DNA from: Promethearchaeota archaeon
GTDB lineage: Archaea; Asgardarchaeota; Lokiarchaeia; Sigyniarchaeales; SOKP01
Assembly (NCBI GenBank): GCA_019058365.1
Contig: JAHPZE010000021.1
Span: forward strand, 12,100 to 76,099
Reading direction: 5' to 3'
Length of the DNA: 64,000 bases
A program made the position numbers and the translations under genes. The notes under the pieces were generated by a model, which searched no databases, was not told where the DNA came from, and was given only the letters and a program-made list of their open reading frames with translations. This document shows positions 27,795 through 38,042 of this stretch, piece after piece. Position 1 is the first letter of the stretch, and each line of letters starts with the position of its first letter.

Positions 27795-29474
27795 ATGAGA
27801 GCGAACCAACTTAATTTTAAAGAAAGTATATGGAGAACTGTTAAGCTTAATTCAGATAATGATATATTTGAAAGTGAAAAATCTAGTACTCCTTTAATCT
27901 CCGTGATAATACCCATATTTAATGAAGAAAAGACAATCAGAAATGTCATTGAAAGAATACCCAATCATCAACGGTATGAAATTATTTTAGTAGATGACGG
28001 TTCAACTGATAATAGCTTAAAAAAAATTCTAGAGATTAATAACCGCGAGATTAAGATAATCAAACATGAAAATAATCAAGGGTATGGAGCTGCGGTTTTA
28101 TCTGGTTTTAAGCATGCTGCTGGCGATATCATAGTCACAATGGATTCAGATGGACAACATAATCCTGAAGAAATCTCTGCTTTAATTAAACCAATTTTTA
28201 GTGATAAAGCCGATATAACAGTTGGATCAAGATACTTGGGTAATGCCAATTATAAAATCCCTCTTTATATACGTATAGGAGAGTATTTTGTTAGGATCTG
28301 CTTAAGATCATTGTATAGGCAAAGAGTTTATAATAATCAAAGTGGATTTAGAGCATTTAATTATTCAAGCTTAAATATATTTAAGAAGATGAAACAAACC
28401 ACATTTGGATTTTGCACTGAAACACTATTCGAAGCTGCTTACAATAGATTAAGAATTTCTGAAGTTCCAGTTAATATGAATGGTAGAAAATATGGAAATT
28501 CAAATATAAATTTATTTAAGGTTCTTATATCAATTTCTTCTTGTGTTCTAAATTATTTGTTGAAAAGATTCAAACTAACCAGATTTTTTTCAAACCGAAT
28601 TATAATGCACCTTCCATTATTGGAGCAAGATAGTTTAAATAACCAAAATATATTAGATGGCCACTTTTACAAACGCAATATACATGATAATATTATCAGT
28701 TTGAAAGATAATTATATCTATCCAAATTTGAAAATAGGAATCGTTATTCCTGCTTTTAATGAAGAATTAAATTTGGATAAAGTCCTCTCAAAAATACCTA
28801 AAAATTTATCTAATAAATTAGAATTAATAGTTGTAGATGACGGATCAACTGATAATACTCAAGGAATAGCCCTTACTCATAAATCAATTGTTTTATGTCA
28901 TAATAAAAATAAAGGTTATGGAGCTGCGGTCAAAACTGGATTGAAATATTGCAAGAATAAAAAGTATGATATTACAATAATTCTTGATGGAGATGGTCAA
29001 CATAATCCAAAATGTTTATCTCAATTTATAGATTCTATTATATTAGAAAACTTTGATTTTGCTATTGGAAATCGATATTATTTTCCTTATAAAATGAAAG
29101 TATCTAAAAAATTATGTTCAAAAATTATTAGCGCAATTTATTTGATTTTTTTCTCCAAAAGGATACATGATCCAACAAATGGATATAGAGCATTGTCATA
29201 TAAAACTTTGAAGGATTTAAACTTAGAATCAAATTATTCAATATCTCAAGAAATGTTATTAAAATTAGTACCAGAGTATAGTTTTAAAGAAATTCCAGTT
29301 AAAATAGACCAAAGAAAAAACGGTCATTCATTTGTAAAATTAAGACAATACTTTATCAAGATGTTCCTTATTGTTTTAAAATATTATGTATTCCCAAAAG
29401 TGAGAAAAATTTCTAGAAAAATCTTTAGTGAAGAAACAAGAAAAATAGTCGGTGTACACATCTTAAAGACTTAG
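27795..29474 (+). CDS. Tandem double GT2 protein (two DPM1-like domains)
   Basis: Two copies of IP.FNEE...VDDGSTD...N.GYG...(M/L)D.DGQH...G.RY. Confidence 0.9.
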   Translation: MRANQLNFKESIWRTVKLNSDNDIFESEKSSTPLISVIIPIFNEEKTIRNVIERIPNHQRYEIILVDDGSTDNSLKKILEINNREIKIIKHENNQGYGAAVLSGFKHAAGDIIVTMDSDGQHNPEEISALIKPIFSDKADITVGSRYLGNANYKIPLYIRIGEYFVRICLRSLYRQRVYNNQSGFRAFNYSSLNIFKKMKQTTFGFCTETLFEAAYNRLRISEVPVNMNGRKYGNSNINLFKVLISISSCVLNYLLKRFKLTRFFSNRIIMHLPLLEQDSLNNQNILDGHFYKRNIHDNIISLKDNYIYPNLKIGIVIPAFNEELNLDKVLSKIPKNLSNKLELIVVDDGSTDNTQGIALTHKSIVLCHNKNKGYGAAVKTGLKYCKNKKYDITIILDGDGQHNPKCLSQFIDSIILENFDFAIGNRYYFPYKMKVSKKLCSKIISAIYLIFFSKRIHDPTNGYRALSYKTLKDLNLESNYSISQEMLLKLVPEYSFKEIPVKIDQRKNGHSFVKLRQYFIKMFLIVLKYYVFPKVRKISRKIFSEETRKIVGVHILKT

Positions 29475-29521
29475 AATTTTAAAGATATAAAGATTTTAAT
29501 AAAGAAACTAAAAATTTCAAT

Positions 29522-30787
29522 TTATTTTAACACGTTTACTTTTTCTAAATTTCTTATATAAAATATAATGAAAGTAAATATTATTGTTAAAGAATGTACA
29601 AGAACTGTACTATAAAACACTCCAATAAACCCAAATAAATTTATGAATAAAAAATCTAGCCCTACATTAAAGACACCACCAATTGCAGTCAAATAAAACG
29701 TTAATTTTCCAAAACCCGTAGGAACTACAAAAGCTTGTATTAATATGACACCAAAAATCTTAAAAGGTATGAGGTATAGTAGAACATTCCAAATTATTAG
29801 AATATTTTCATTATAGTATTCAGGAAATAAAATAGTTATTATAAATGGGAAAAAAAAAACCGATAAAAAGCTAATAATAAATCCCAGTATAAATATATAG
29901 GGCAGTTTGTTTAAATATTTTTTTATTAATGCAAATCTCTTTTTTGTAGCCATTTGGGTAATACTGGGAGCTAATATCTGTCCCAAAATAATAAATGGTA
30001 CAAAAATGAAATTAAAAATGCTATTAACTATTCTATAATAACTAATTTCAATAATAAAACCATAAGATTCTAAAATTAAAATATCTATATTAGTATATAA
30101 AAAATATGCCAAATTGGCAAAACCTATTACAAATGCGTAATTTAAAACTTTTTTTGCTAATTTTTTATCAAAAATATAATTTTTCTCATGTATAGATTTA
30201 AATAATAAAATGAATAAAGTTAAATAGTAAATACCATGAAAGCTTAAAGCACCAATTATATCAAATAAAGTTATTAAAAAAAATGAAATTGGTAAAACAA
30301 TTATACCACTTGAAATTGATATAAATGACAATTTTTTAAAATTTTTTAATCCTCTATAAATACCATCAAATACATTAACTAAACTTATTAAAAAGATAAG
30401 CGGGATGAAAATAAGAATAAACTCAAAAATTTTCGTAAAAAAAAGTATGCTTAATAAATATAAAACAACTGATACTGCAGATGAAAATATGATGCACAAT
30501 ATAAATGTTGAAAATATAATATCTTTAACCTTTTGAGGGGAAATAGTTTCATACTCTACGATGAATCTGCTAACAGAAGCACTAAGCCCAAATTCTCCAA
30601 AGATTATAAAAATTCCAATTACTGCCATTAAATAACTATAATCCCCAAATTGTATCGGAGTTAATAATCTAGCAACAATATAAAGAATTATAAATTCTAA
30701 TCCCATTTTTCCAAATGTTTGAATTGATCTCCATAGATAATTTTCTCCATGATTTTTATATATCTTAAATAAATTGATTTTTACCAT
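29522..30787 (-). CDS. Wzx-type oligosaccharide flippase
   Basis: ARLLTPIQFGDYS, EFGLSASVSRF, YTNIDILIL; about 12 TM. Confidence 0.88.
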   Translation of the reverse strand: MVKINLFKIYKNHGENYLWRSIQTFGKMGLEFIILYIVARLLTPIQFGDYSYLMAVIGIFIIFGEFGLSASVSRFIVEYETISPQKVKDIIFSTFILCIIFSSAVSVVLYLLSILFFTKIFEFILIFIPLIFLISLVNVFDGIYRGLKNFKKLSFISISSGIIVLPISFFLITLFDIIGALSFHGIYYLTLFILLFKSIHEKNYIFDKKLAKKVLNYAFVIGFANLAYFLYTNIDILILESYGFIIEISYYRIVNSIFNFIFVPFIILGQILAPSITQMATKKRFALIKKYLNKLPYIFILGFIISFLSVFFFPFIITILFPEYYNENILIIWNVLLYLIPFKIFGVILIQAFVVPTGFGKLTFYLTAIGGVFNVGLDFLFINLFGFIGVFYSTVLVHSLTIIFTFIIFYIRNLEKVNVLK

Positions 30788-31060
30788 TTTTTATTTTCAA
30801 TTAAAATCTTGTTAAATCTTTAAAATACAAATATTATACATTGTTAGTATAAATTTTTTTCATCTTTTTTATTTTGACTTTTTTTTCTCTGCTTGTTTTT
30901 AAGAAACATGTCATAATAAAAAAAGATACAAAAGAAATTATATTTATTAAATAATTATGTTTATTAAATAGATTTAAAATGAGATTTTACATTTTAAATC
31001 TATGAAAAAAATTTTCATAATTATAAAAATAGGTTTAACTCCTTTATTTAAGTAAATATA

Positions 31061-31972
31061 ATGAGCAGAAAAAAAGATTTATTTTCTTTTTCGATTTTAA
31101 TGGCAAGTTATAATAATGCAAAATACATAGAAACTGCCATAAAAAGTGTTATTTCACAAACTTATGAGAATTGGGAATTAATTATCGTAGATGATTGTTC
31201 ACCAGATAATTCAAATGAAATAATAACTAATTATCTAAATGATAAAAGAATTAAGCTTATACACCATAATTGTAATCAAGGGTACGGGGGCGCTTTAAAA
31301 ACAGCAATAAATAATTCTAAAAATGAAATTATTGGAATACTTGATGCAGATGATAAATTACATAAAAAAGCTTTAGAAATAATTGTAAATATTTATATTG
31401 ATTCTCCTAATTATGGATTTATTTATAGTACGATGTGGAAGTGCGACTCCAATTTAACTAATTGTAAAATTGATAAAGATATTAAAGAAATTATTCCAGC
31501 AAAGACTTTTATTTTTCATCCATATATTTCCCATTTTAAAACATTTAGAAAAAAAGACTATGATAAAACCCTAGGCTTTGAAATTACACAAAAAAGAAGT
31601 GTAGATAAGGATATTATATATAAACTCGAAGAAGTTACAAGGTTTAAATTCGTAAATATTCCTCTATATTACTATAGACAACATGATCAAGGAATCTCTC
31701 AAGGAAATAATGCAAATAAAGCAAAAGGATATGAATATATCGCAAAATATAAAACCTATATCAGAAGAATGAATAAAAGTATTCCTAATTATAAGAAAAA
31801 TGAGATAATTTTAGAATATTTCAAAATTACTTTTCACCCAATTATAAGAACTTTTATTAAATTCATACAAATGCTAAAAATTAAAAAATTAATCATTGTA
31901 TTACTTGATAGATTTCCAAATGTATCAAGAAAGAATTCCTTTTTAATTGCTATTCAAAAATTAATTAACTAA
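31061..31972 (+). CDS. Glycosyltransferase family 2
   Basis: SILMASYN, IIVDDCSPD, LDADD, PLYYYRQH. Confidence 0.9.
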   Translation: MSRKKDLFSFSILMASYNNAKYIETAIKSVISQTYENWELIIVDDCSPDNSNEIITNYLNDKRIKLIHHNCNQGYGGALKTAINNSKNEIIGILDADDKLHKKALEIIVNIYIDSPNYGFIYSTMWKCDSNLTNCKIDKDIKEIIPAKTFIFHPYISHFKTFRKKDYDKTLGFEITQKRSVDKDIIYKLEEVTRFKFVNIPLYYYRQHDQGISQGNNANKAKGYEYIAKYKTYIRRMNKSIPNYKKNEIILEYFKITFHPIIRTFIKFIQMLKIKKLIIVLLDRFPNVSRKNSFLIAIQKLIN

Positions 31973-31998
31973 ATTTTAAATAAATTTAAATTAGAATT

Positions 31999-32784
31999 TT
32001 ATCTTTTAATCTCCAAATTAAGATTCTCATTCTCTTTAATTCTTCTAAAAATAGCGACAATATGTAGACACTTCGATTCATCTGTATAAAAATAGTTCCT
32101 TTTAATTAATGAAAATAATTTCTTTTTAAGAAAACTAAAACCTAATAGATCTAAAATCAGATAAAATTTTTTTAATAAATTACTTATGAATGTTTCATTG
32201 TATAAAAAAAAGAAATTTTGTATTTTGAAATACTTTTTAAAAAGCTCTATTAATTCGTGTTTATTATAATGTCGATAATGTTTTGGTTGAATTTTTAGAT
32301 TTTTTGAAGGAACTGAAACAAATAATAATCCTTTTATGGATATTAATTCACTGATTTTATGTATTAACTCATTTAAGTCTTGATCCGAAAAATGTTCAAT
32401 AACTTCCATTAGGATTCCTATATCAAAACTCTTACTTTTAAAATTTAGAATATTCTCGACGAAAAATCTTGATTTTTCATATTCATTAAAAGCTTCTGCA
32501 AAAGAAATCGCTTTTTTGTCTTTATCAATACCAATGATTCTTTTAATATTATTGTAAAATTGTTGATTTCTACAAAGTTCATGAATTAATTTCCCATCCC
32601 CACATCCGATATCAATTATAGACCCTGGTCGCAGTTTAAAAATTCTGTTTTTAATTAAATCTAAATAAGTGAAATATTCAAATCCGTAAGAAAAATTTTT
32701 AAAATTTAAATAATCATTTTTTATTTCTATCAAATAATGATAAGGAAATGAATACTGATCTTCTTGAATTTTATCTTTGTTCAT
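31999..32784 (-). CDS. Class I SAM-dependent methyltransferase
   Basis: IIDIGCGDG, GIDKD, EVIEH, VSVP...HYRHY. Confidence 0.9.
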   Translation of the reverse strand: MNKDKIQEDQYSFPYHYLIEIKNDYLNFKNFSYGFEYFTYLDLIKNRIFKLRPGSIIDIGCGDGKLIHELCRNQQFYNNIKRIIGIDKDKKAISFAEAFNEYEKSRFFVENILNFKSKSFDIGILMEVIEHFSDQDLNELIHKISELISIKGLLFVSVPSKNLKIQPKHYRHYNKHELIELFKKYFKIQNFFFLYNETFISNLLKKFYLILDLLGFSFLKKKLFSLIKRNYFYTDESKCLHIVAIFRRIKENENLNLEIKR

Positions 32785-33186
32785 ATAATATCAATACTCT
32801 TTATAGTTTACTACTTTTAAATCTATAGAAATTTATTAAAATGTAATATTTATTAACTTATTGAATATAATATAAAAATAATTAATTTCAGATTCAAATC
32901 AAGCTTTCCTAAAATATTAATTTTATTTGTTGTTTATAATTTAAGTTTATTATAAATTTAACTTTCATAGTTATCTAATTCATGAGAATCTTTCCAATTT
33001 TAAATTATTTTAGATGAATTATTATTGCTCTTAAAATGTTTTAAAGATCCTTATGGGTTAACAATTAATATTTCTTAAGTATAAATAAATGCTTGATAAA
33101 AATATAAAATTGCAAATTGATTCAAAAAATAAACGTAAACTAAAAAATATTATAAATATTAAAAAGTAATAAAATTATAATTATTA

Positions 33187-34266
33187 TTGAGTATGAACCT
33201 ATATATTAAGAGCTTAAAGAATGGTATCAATATAGGTAAAAACCTTTTTATAGATACAATAAGAAAATGGAGTAATATTCCAAAAATTCGGTGCATAAGA
33301 TATACAACAACATGGGAATGTAATAGTAAATGTGACAGTTGTTTTATTTGGAAAATAAATTCGAAAAAAGATGAATTAATGACTCTAGAAGAATTAGATC
33401 GATTTACCAGTTCTGAACTTCTTAAAGATGTTAGAAGAATTATAATCTCGGGAGGTGAGCCCTTTTTACTTGAAGATTTACCGGAACGACTTCAAATCTT
33501 GCATGAGAATTGTCCAAAGGCTTATTTCGGTATGACAGCAAATGGTTTAACTCCTGATAGGATATTACGATTGGTAAAAAGAATCTTTGAATTATCTCCT
33601 GATATTTGTATTAGAAATTTAGGATTAAGTTTGAATGGTCCCCCAGAAATCCATAATAGATCTCGAGGAATAGAAAATGCATTTGAGAAGACAATGAAAA
33701 CCTATGAATTAATCAAAGAATATCTTCCAGTAAGGTTTAGCTTCACTTTTTTACCATATAATATAGATCAATATAAATGGATAAAAAGTTTTGCTAAAGA
33801 GAAGAGAACAGATGCTTATATTTGTTGGACAGTTATTAGTAATAGATTCTTTGATAGAAACTTCTTAGGTGATTTAACTATTAAAGAATTTTATCAAAAA
33901 TTGAGACCTATGTTGAATAAAGAAGTAAAAAGAATTAGAGAAAAATATTTATTTAATTCATTTATTGAAGAAAGGCATTTAGATTGTACTGCATTTAGAG
34001 ATTTTTTTCATGTAGATCCCTATGGAAATATTTATCCTTGTAATTTTAATTTATCTGAGGATCGAATTCTTGGAAATGTTAAAGAAACTGATTTTGTTGA
34101 AATTTGGACAAGGAAAAAAAGAACAGAAATTATCAATGATATTAAATCTGGAAAATGTTTATATCCCAATGGAGTTTGTGGTGATTCTGATATAAATTAT
34201 TCAGTATCCCATACAGGAATGCACTGTATTTTGCTTTGGTATTTATCCTCTAATGGTAAAATCTAA
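33187..34266 (+). CDS. Radical SAM protein with SPASM/twitch-like C-terminus (likely start ATG 33193)
   Basis: CNSKCDSC, SGGEP, C-terminal CTA...VDPYGNIYPC...LGNV...C...C. Confidence 0.9.
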   Translation: MSMNLYIKSLKNGINIGKNLFIDTIRKWSNIPKIRCIRYTTTWECNSKCDSCFIWKINSKKDELMTLEELDRFTSSELLKDVRRIIISGGEPFLLEDLPERLQILHENCPKAYFGMTANGLTPDRILRLVKRIFELSPDICIRNLGLSLNGPPEIHNRSRGIENAFEKTMKTYELIKEYLPVRFSFTFLPYNIDQYKWIKSFAKEKRTDAYICWTVISNRFFDRNFLGDLTIKEFYQKLRPMLNKEVKRIREKYLFNSFIEERHLDCTAFRDFFHVDPYGNIYPCNFNLSEDRILGNVKETDFVEIWTRKKRTEIINDIKSGKCLYPNGVCGDSDINYSVSHTGMHCILLWYLSSNGKI

Positions 34267-34369
34267 ATTCCATTTTGTTACAAACCTAGATATGTCTTTT
34301 TTATATATAATTTTTAAAAACTTAAAAAACAATTAATTAAGAATTAATTGAAGATATTAATTTTAAAGA

Positions 34370-34765
34370 TTAGTAATGTCTTACTGAGATATTGTAACTA
34401 GTATTCTCAATATATATCTTCCGTATAACTTTTTAGGCATATAAAATTGCCTTAACATTGATGTTATAATTGCCTTTTAGCATTTTTACCGATTGAGGGG
34501 CGATCTTAAACGCAGTGAGGTGATAGACCATACTGACATCCTTAAAACAATCTAGTAAGAAATTTAAATCTCGAATATCACCCTTTTGAAATTATAATTT
34601 GTTATGTTTAAAATCTTCATCTAAGGTTTCTAATCTTCTATTAAATAAATTGCCCATACCAACCATTTCAACACCTTTTCCCAACAAACTATCTGTTGGG
34701 GTGCTTCCAATTAACCCCACTATCACTGTGACAATCATTTTCTTTTCTTTAAAATTCTCTGACAT
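34370..34765 (-). pseudogene. Degraded paralog of the SDR epimerase at 14758-15729 (N-terminal part)
   Basis: MSENFKEKKMIVTVIVGLIGSTPTDSLL...KL*FQKGDIRDLNFLLDCFKD...PQSVKM...YA*; in-frame TAA at 34592-34594 and 34433-34435; Rossmann glycines mutated. Confidence 0.88.
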
Positions 34766-34919
34766 ATCACATGTTAACTTTTAGGACAATTGAATTGATT
34801 TAAAATTTATTAATTATTTCTTTTATTCATTGAATATAGAGATATAATAAATAACTATTCTTATTAAAATATTTTAATAAATTAAATAATTTTATAAATA
34901 TAATTCTAAAATACTATAA

Positions 34920-37900
34920 ATGAAAAATTTTAAATCAATGAAATTAAATAAATTTCAAATTTTTTCAATAATTTTATTTGTTTCTTTATTTATAATTCTT
35001 TATTTCAATTTTATAATAAATTTATATATTCTTCCTAACAATTTAGAGATTCCTTTTATTTCTTTAATTGGATTTGCTATTATTATTATTGGGATTTTCT
35101 ATCTCTTTCTTGACATAAACAATAATCACACTTGTAAAAGATTTATTATTAGATTTAAATTTATTAACGAAAATGGCATAAAATCACTATTTTTAATTTT
35201 TATGATTATAGGTTACTTTATTCCTCCAATAACTTTTTCAGAAGTAATAATTGATTGGAGTCAAATTGGATATTCAAATTATATTAGAGTGGTCTTAACT
35301 TTAATTGGAAGTGCTTTTCTTCCAGGTGCTTCTATTTATTCAATTATTTTTCCAAAAAACCAGTTTCCAAATAAATTTAAAGTTGAATCCTTTTTGTTTA
35401 AAATTACACTTTATCCCATTTTATCTTTTACATTATTAGGGACTTTCACATTATTATTTGATTTTATTGGATTAAATAGAGAATTATATTCAATAATGAT
35501 CTTTCTCTTCATAATATTTTTATTTATTTTTGATCTCTTAAATCAGAAATATAAAAACAATACTAAATCTTACTTATATAAAAATACGATTGATATTTCA
35601 AAAAGTACGGTTTTTATTTTATTAATCTCAATAGGAGTTATAATATGTGCTCTTGGTGTTCATTTATCAACTGTATATTTAATCCCTGGAGATAGTTGGA
35701 GAGGTATTAATTACTCTTATTTTGTTTGTCGAGATAACGGAGGAATCTTTAACAAATTTTGTGGTAGTGATTACACAGTTTATTGGGGGTATATATCATA
35801 TAGTTTAAGTGTATTATGTGGTATTCCCTATATTAATATAAATGTTTTATTGATAATTTTTGAATATTTATTTGTCACATCATCTTATCTTTTTATGAAA
35901 GGTTTACTAGGAAATTTAAAAGAAAAATACATCTTATTATCAACTATTGTTTGTATAACATTTTCTGGACTTTTTTATGTATTCAACTCCTACTTAGGAA
36001 GAAATAATTTATCAGCTTTAATTTTTGATGGAATTCTTAACTTTCGATATAAAAGTTTTGCTCATGTTTCATTAATATTGGCATTAGCACTTTTTGTGGT
36101 TATTAGTAAAAATTCAAAAAAGTCTAAAATTAAATCTCTATTAAAAAATGAAAATTCTTCCGCAATAATTTTAATCGCTTTTTTAATTGCCCAAAGTTTC
36201 ATAATTTACTTCCTTCCTTTTATCGCAAGTTTATCATTTTTAATATCATATTCTATATTTTCATATAATAAATCTCAAACCTTTCGATTATTACTCAGCT
36301 TTATACTATATTTCATTGTAATTTTTATTATCTTAGATATTATGTCAATCTTCTTTTTCAGTTGGATTTCAAGATCGCTAATATTCTTATTTATTGGCTT
36401 ACCTTTGGTTTTTAATGAAGAATTATTAATTCTCAATACTCTTTTCTTATACTTCGCTTTTTTTTGTTTGGGTGCATTTTGTTATTTGTTAAATAAAAAG
36501 GATCTAAATCACATCTCGGTTAGATTTAAATGTTATTATAAAATTAAATCAGCTTATTTATTCATAATTTTCATCAGTCTTTTTTCAATATTAATTGGGA
36601 TTCAAGTAATTTTTAATATTCTCTTAAATTTTGATCAGAATTTTCTTACCTTCCTCTTAGACACTATTTTTTTTCCATTAGGAATTATTGGGATTTTGGG
36701 CATTTATTTTAGTTATTATACATTTTTAAAAGACAAAAAATTATTTTATGTTTTACTATTCTGGAGTTGTCTTGCTTACCTAATAGCTTCATTAATAATA
36801 TTTCAAAATTGGATTGAATTATTTCCTTTATCACCTCAAGAGATACCTGATGAACAATATCATAATATGGTGTATTGGTTTAGCAGAAATTGGTATTATG
36901 CAATATATCCTTTATCAATTTTTTTTTCTATAGGTATACTAAGTTTAAAAAAAATTATTAAACAAAAAAGTTGGATTAAGCCAAGGAAGAACCTCAGATT
37001 AATAAATTGTTTGACTTATAGTTCAATTATTATTTTTTTCTCTCTTTCAAATACCATAATAGCTGCAACTGAATGGAATAATTGGTATTCTGTAACGGAT
37101 GATGAAGCTCAAATGATGGGATGGATCTCAAATAATATACCTATTGGATCTTATATATTAGCCGATTCTAATAGATATAACCCATTAGACGATATAATAC
37201 ATTGCACTAACTATATTCGAGATTTTACTACTGAGCTTTATGATGCATTAGGTTTTGATAAATATAATTTATGCTATTATAATCAGAAATATATAAATTG
37301 GAGTGTTTTTTATATCTATGATGCAAAATGTGAAGTAGAAAATATTGAAGATTTAAATGGACAAAATAATACTTTAAAATTTATTGACAATAATAGCAAT
37401 GGTAGCACACAATTAAATATCAAGTTTGGTGACTCACAAACAAATGGATATATAAATTTTTCATTTAAAATATCAAATAAAGAATTTAATAATTTTAATA
37501 TAAATTTAACATCACACCAAAATGATAAAAGCGTGTCAATAATTCTAAAAATGGATACGATATACTGCTTTAATGGTACAAAATATCAAAATATAACTAA
37601 TATTGATAATGATGTATGGTATAATTTAAAAATATTGTTTGAAACTACTAATAACAATTATGATGGATTGGATAAATATCAATGGAATTTAATTATTGAT
37701 GGAACCAAATATGGTCAATTTAATTTTATAGAAAACATAACAAAAATAGATGAAATTAAATTTACAACGGGTAAGAATGTTTATAATCATAACTCTTATT
37801 TAACTAATATGTCCTTCTCTTGGGCAGAAAAAGTTACTGATATTGAGTCATTAGTATCAAAAATTCCCATAATAATCAAACATTTAATTCAAAATAATAT

Positions 37901-38027
37901 TAGTTATTTTATTCTATCTGAATCTTTTGAAGAGAGATTTAAAGCTGAGGAATTAACATTATCTTTTTACAGAAACAAACTTTTTGAATATGGTAATATT
38001 GGTTTTTATTATGCAGACGAAATTTAA
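34920..38027 (+). CDS. Large GT-C-like membrane protein with an inserted beta-sandwich (lectin/LamG-like) domain
   Basis: AFLPGAS, PGDSW, WFSRNWYY, MGWISNNIP; clearly paralogous to 47556-50069; Asn-rich beta insert at about 37290-37825. Confidence 0.6.
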   Translation: MKNFKSMKLNKFQIFSIILFVSLFIILYFNFIINLYILPNNLEIPFISLIGFAIIIIGIFYLFLDINNNHTCKRFIIRFKFINENGIKSLFLIFMIIGYFIPPITFSEVIIDWSQIGYSNYIRVVLTLIGSAFLPGASIYSIIFPKNQFPNKFKVESFLFKITLYPILSFTLLGTFTLLFDFIGLNRELYSIMIFLFIIFLFIFDLLNQKYKNNTKSYLYKNTIDISKSTVFILLISIGVIICALGVHLSTVYLIPGDSWRGINYSYFVCRDNGGIFNKFCGSDYTVYWGYISYSLSVLCGIPYININVLLIIFEYLFVTSSYLFMKGLLGNLKEKYILLSTIVCITFSGLFYVFNSYLGRNNLSALIFDGILNFRYKSFAHVSLILALALFVVISKNSKKSKIKSLLKNENSSAIILIAFLIAQSFIIYFLPFIASLSFLISYSIFSYNKSQTFRLLLSFILYFIVIFIILDIMSIFFFSWISRSLIFLFIGLPLVFNEELLILNTLFLYFAFFCLGAFCYLLNKKDLNHISVRFKCYYKIKSAYLFIIFISLFSILIGIQVIFNILLNFDQNFLTFLLDTIFFPLGIIGILGIYFSYYTFLKDKKLFYVLLFWSCLAYLIASLIIFQNWIELFPLSPQEIPDEQYHNMVYWFSRNWYYAIYPLSIFFSIGILSLKKIIKQKSWIKPRKNLRLINCLTYSSIIIFFSLSNTIIAATEWNNWYSVTDDEAQMMGWISNNIPIGSYILADSNRYNPLDDIIHCTNYIRDFTTELYDALGFDKYNLCYYNQKYINWSVFYIYDAKCEVENIEDLNGQNNTLKFIDNNSNGSTQLNIKFGDSQTNGYINFSFKISNKEFNNFNINLTSHQNDKSVSIILKMDTIYCFNGTKYQNITNIDNDVWYNLKILFETTNNNYDGLDKYQWNLIIDGTKYGQFNFIENITKIDEIKFTTGKNVYNHNSYLTNMSFSWAEKVTDIESLVSKIPIIIKHLIQNNISYFILSESFEERFKAEELTLSFYRNKLFEYGNIGFYYADEI

Positions 38028-38042
38028 TATTATTTTATCCGA

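Noticed and set aside
34599-34784. Plus-strand 61-aa ORF
   Set aside because: Antisense to the epimerase pseudogene.
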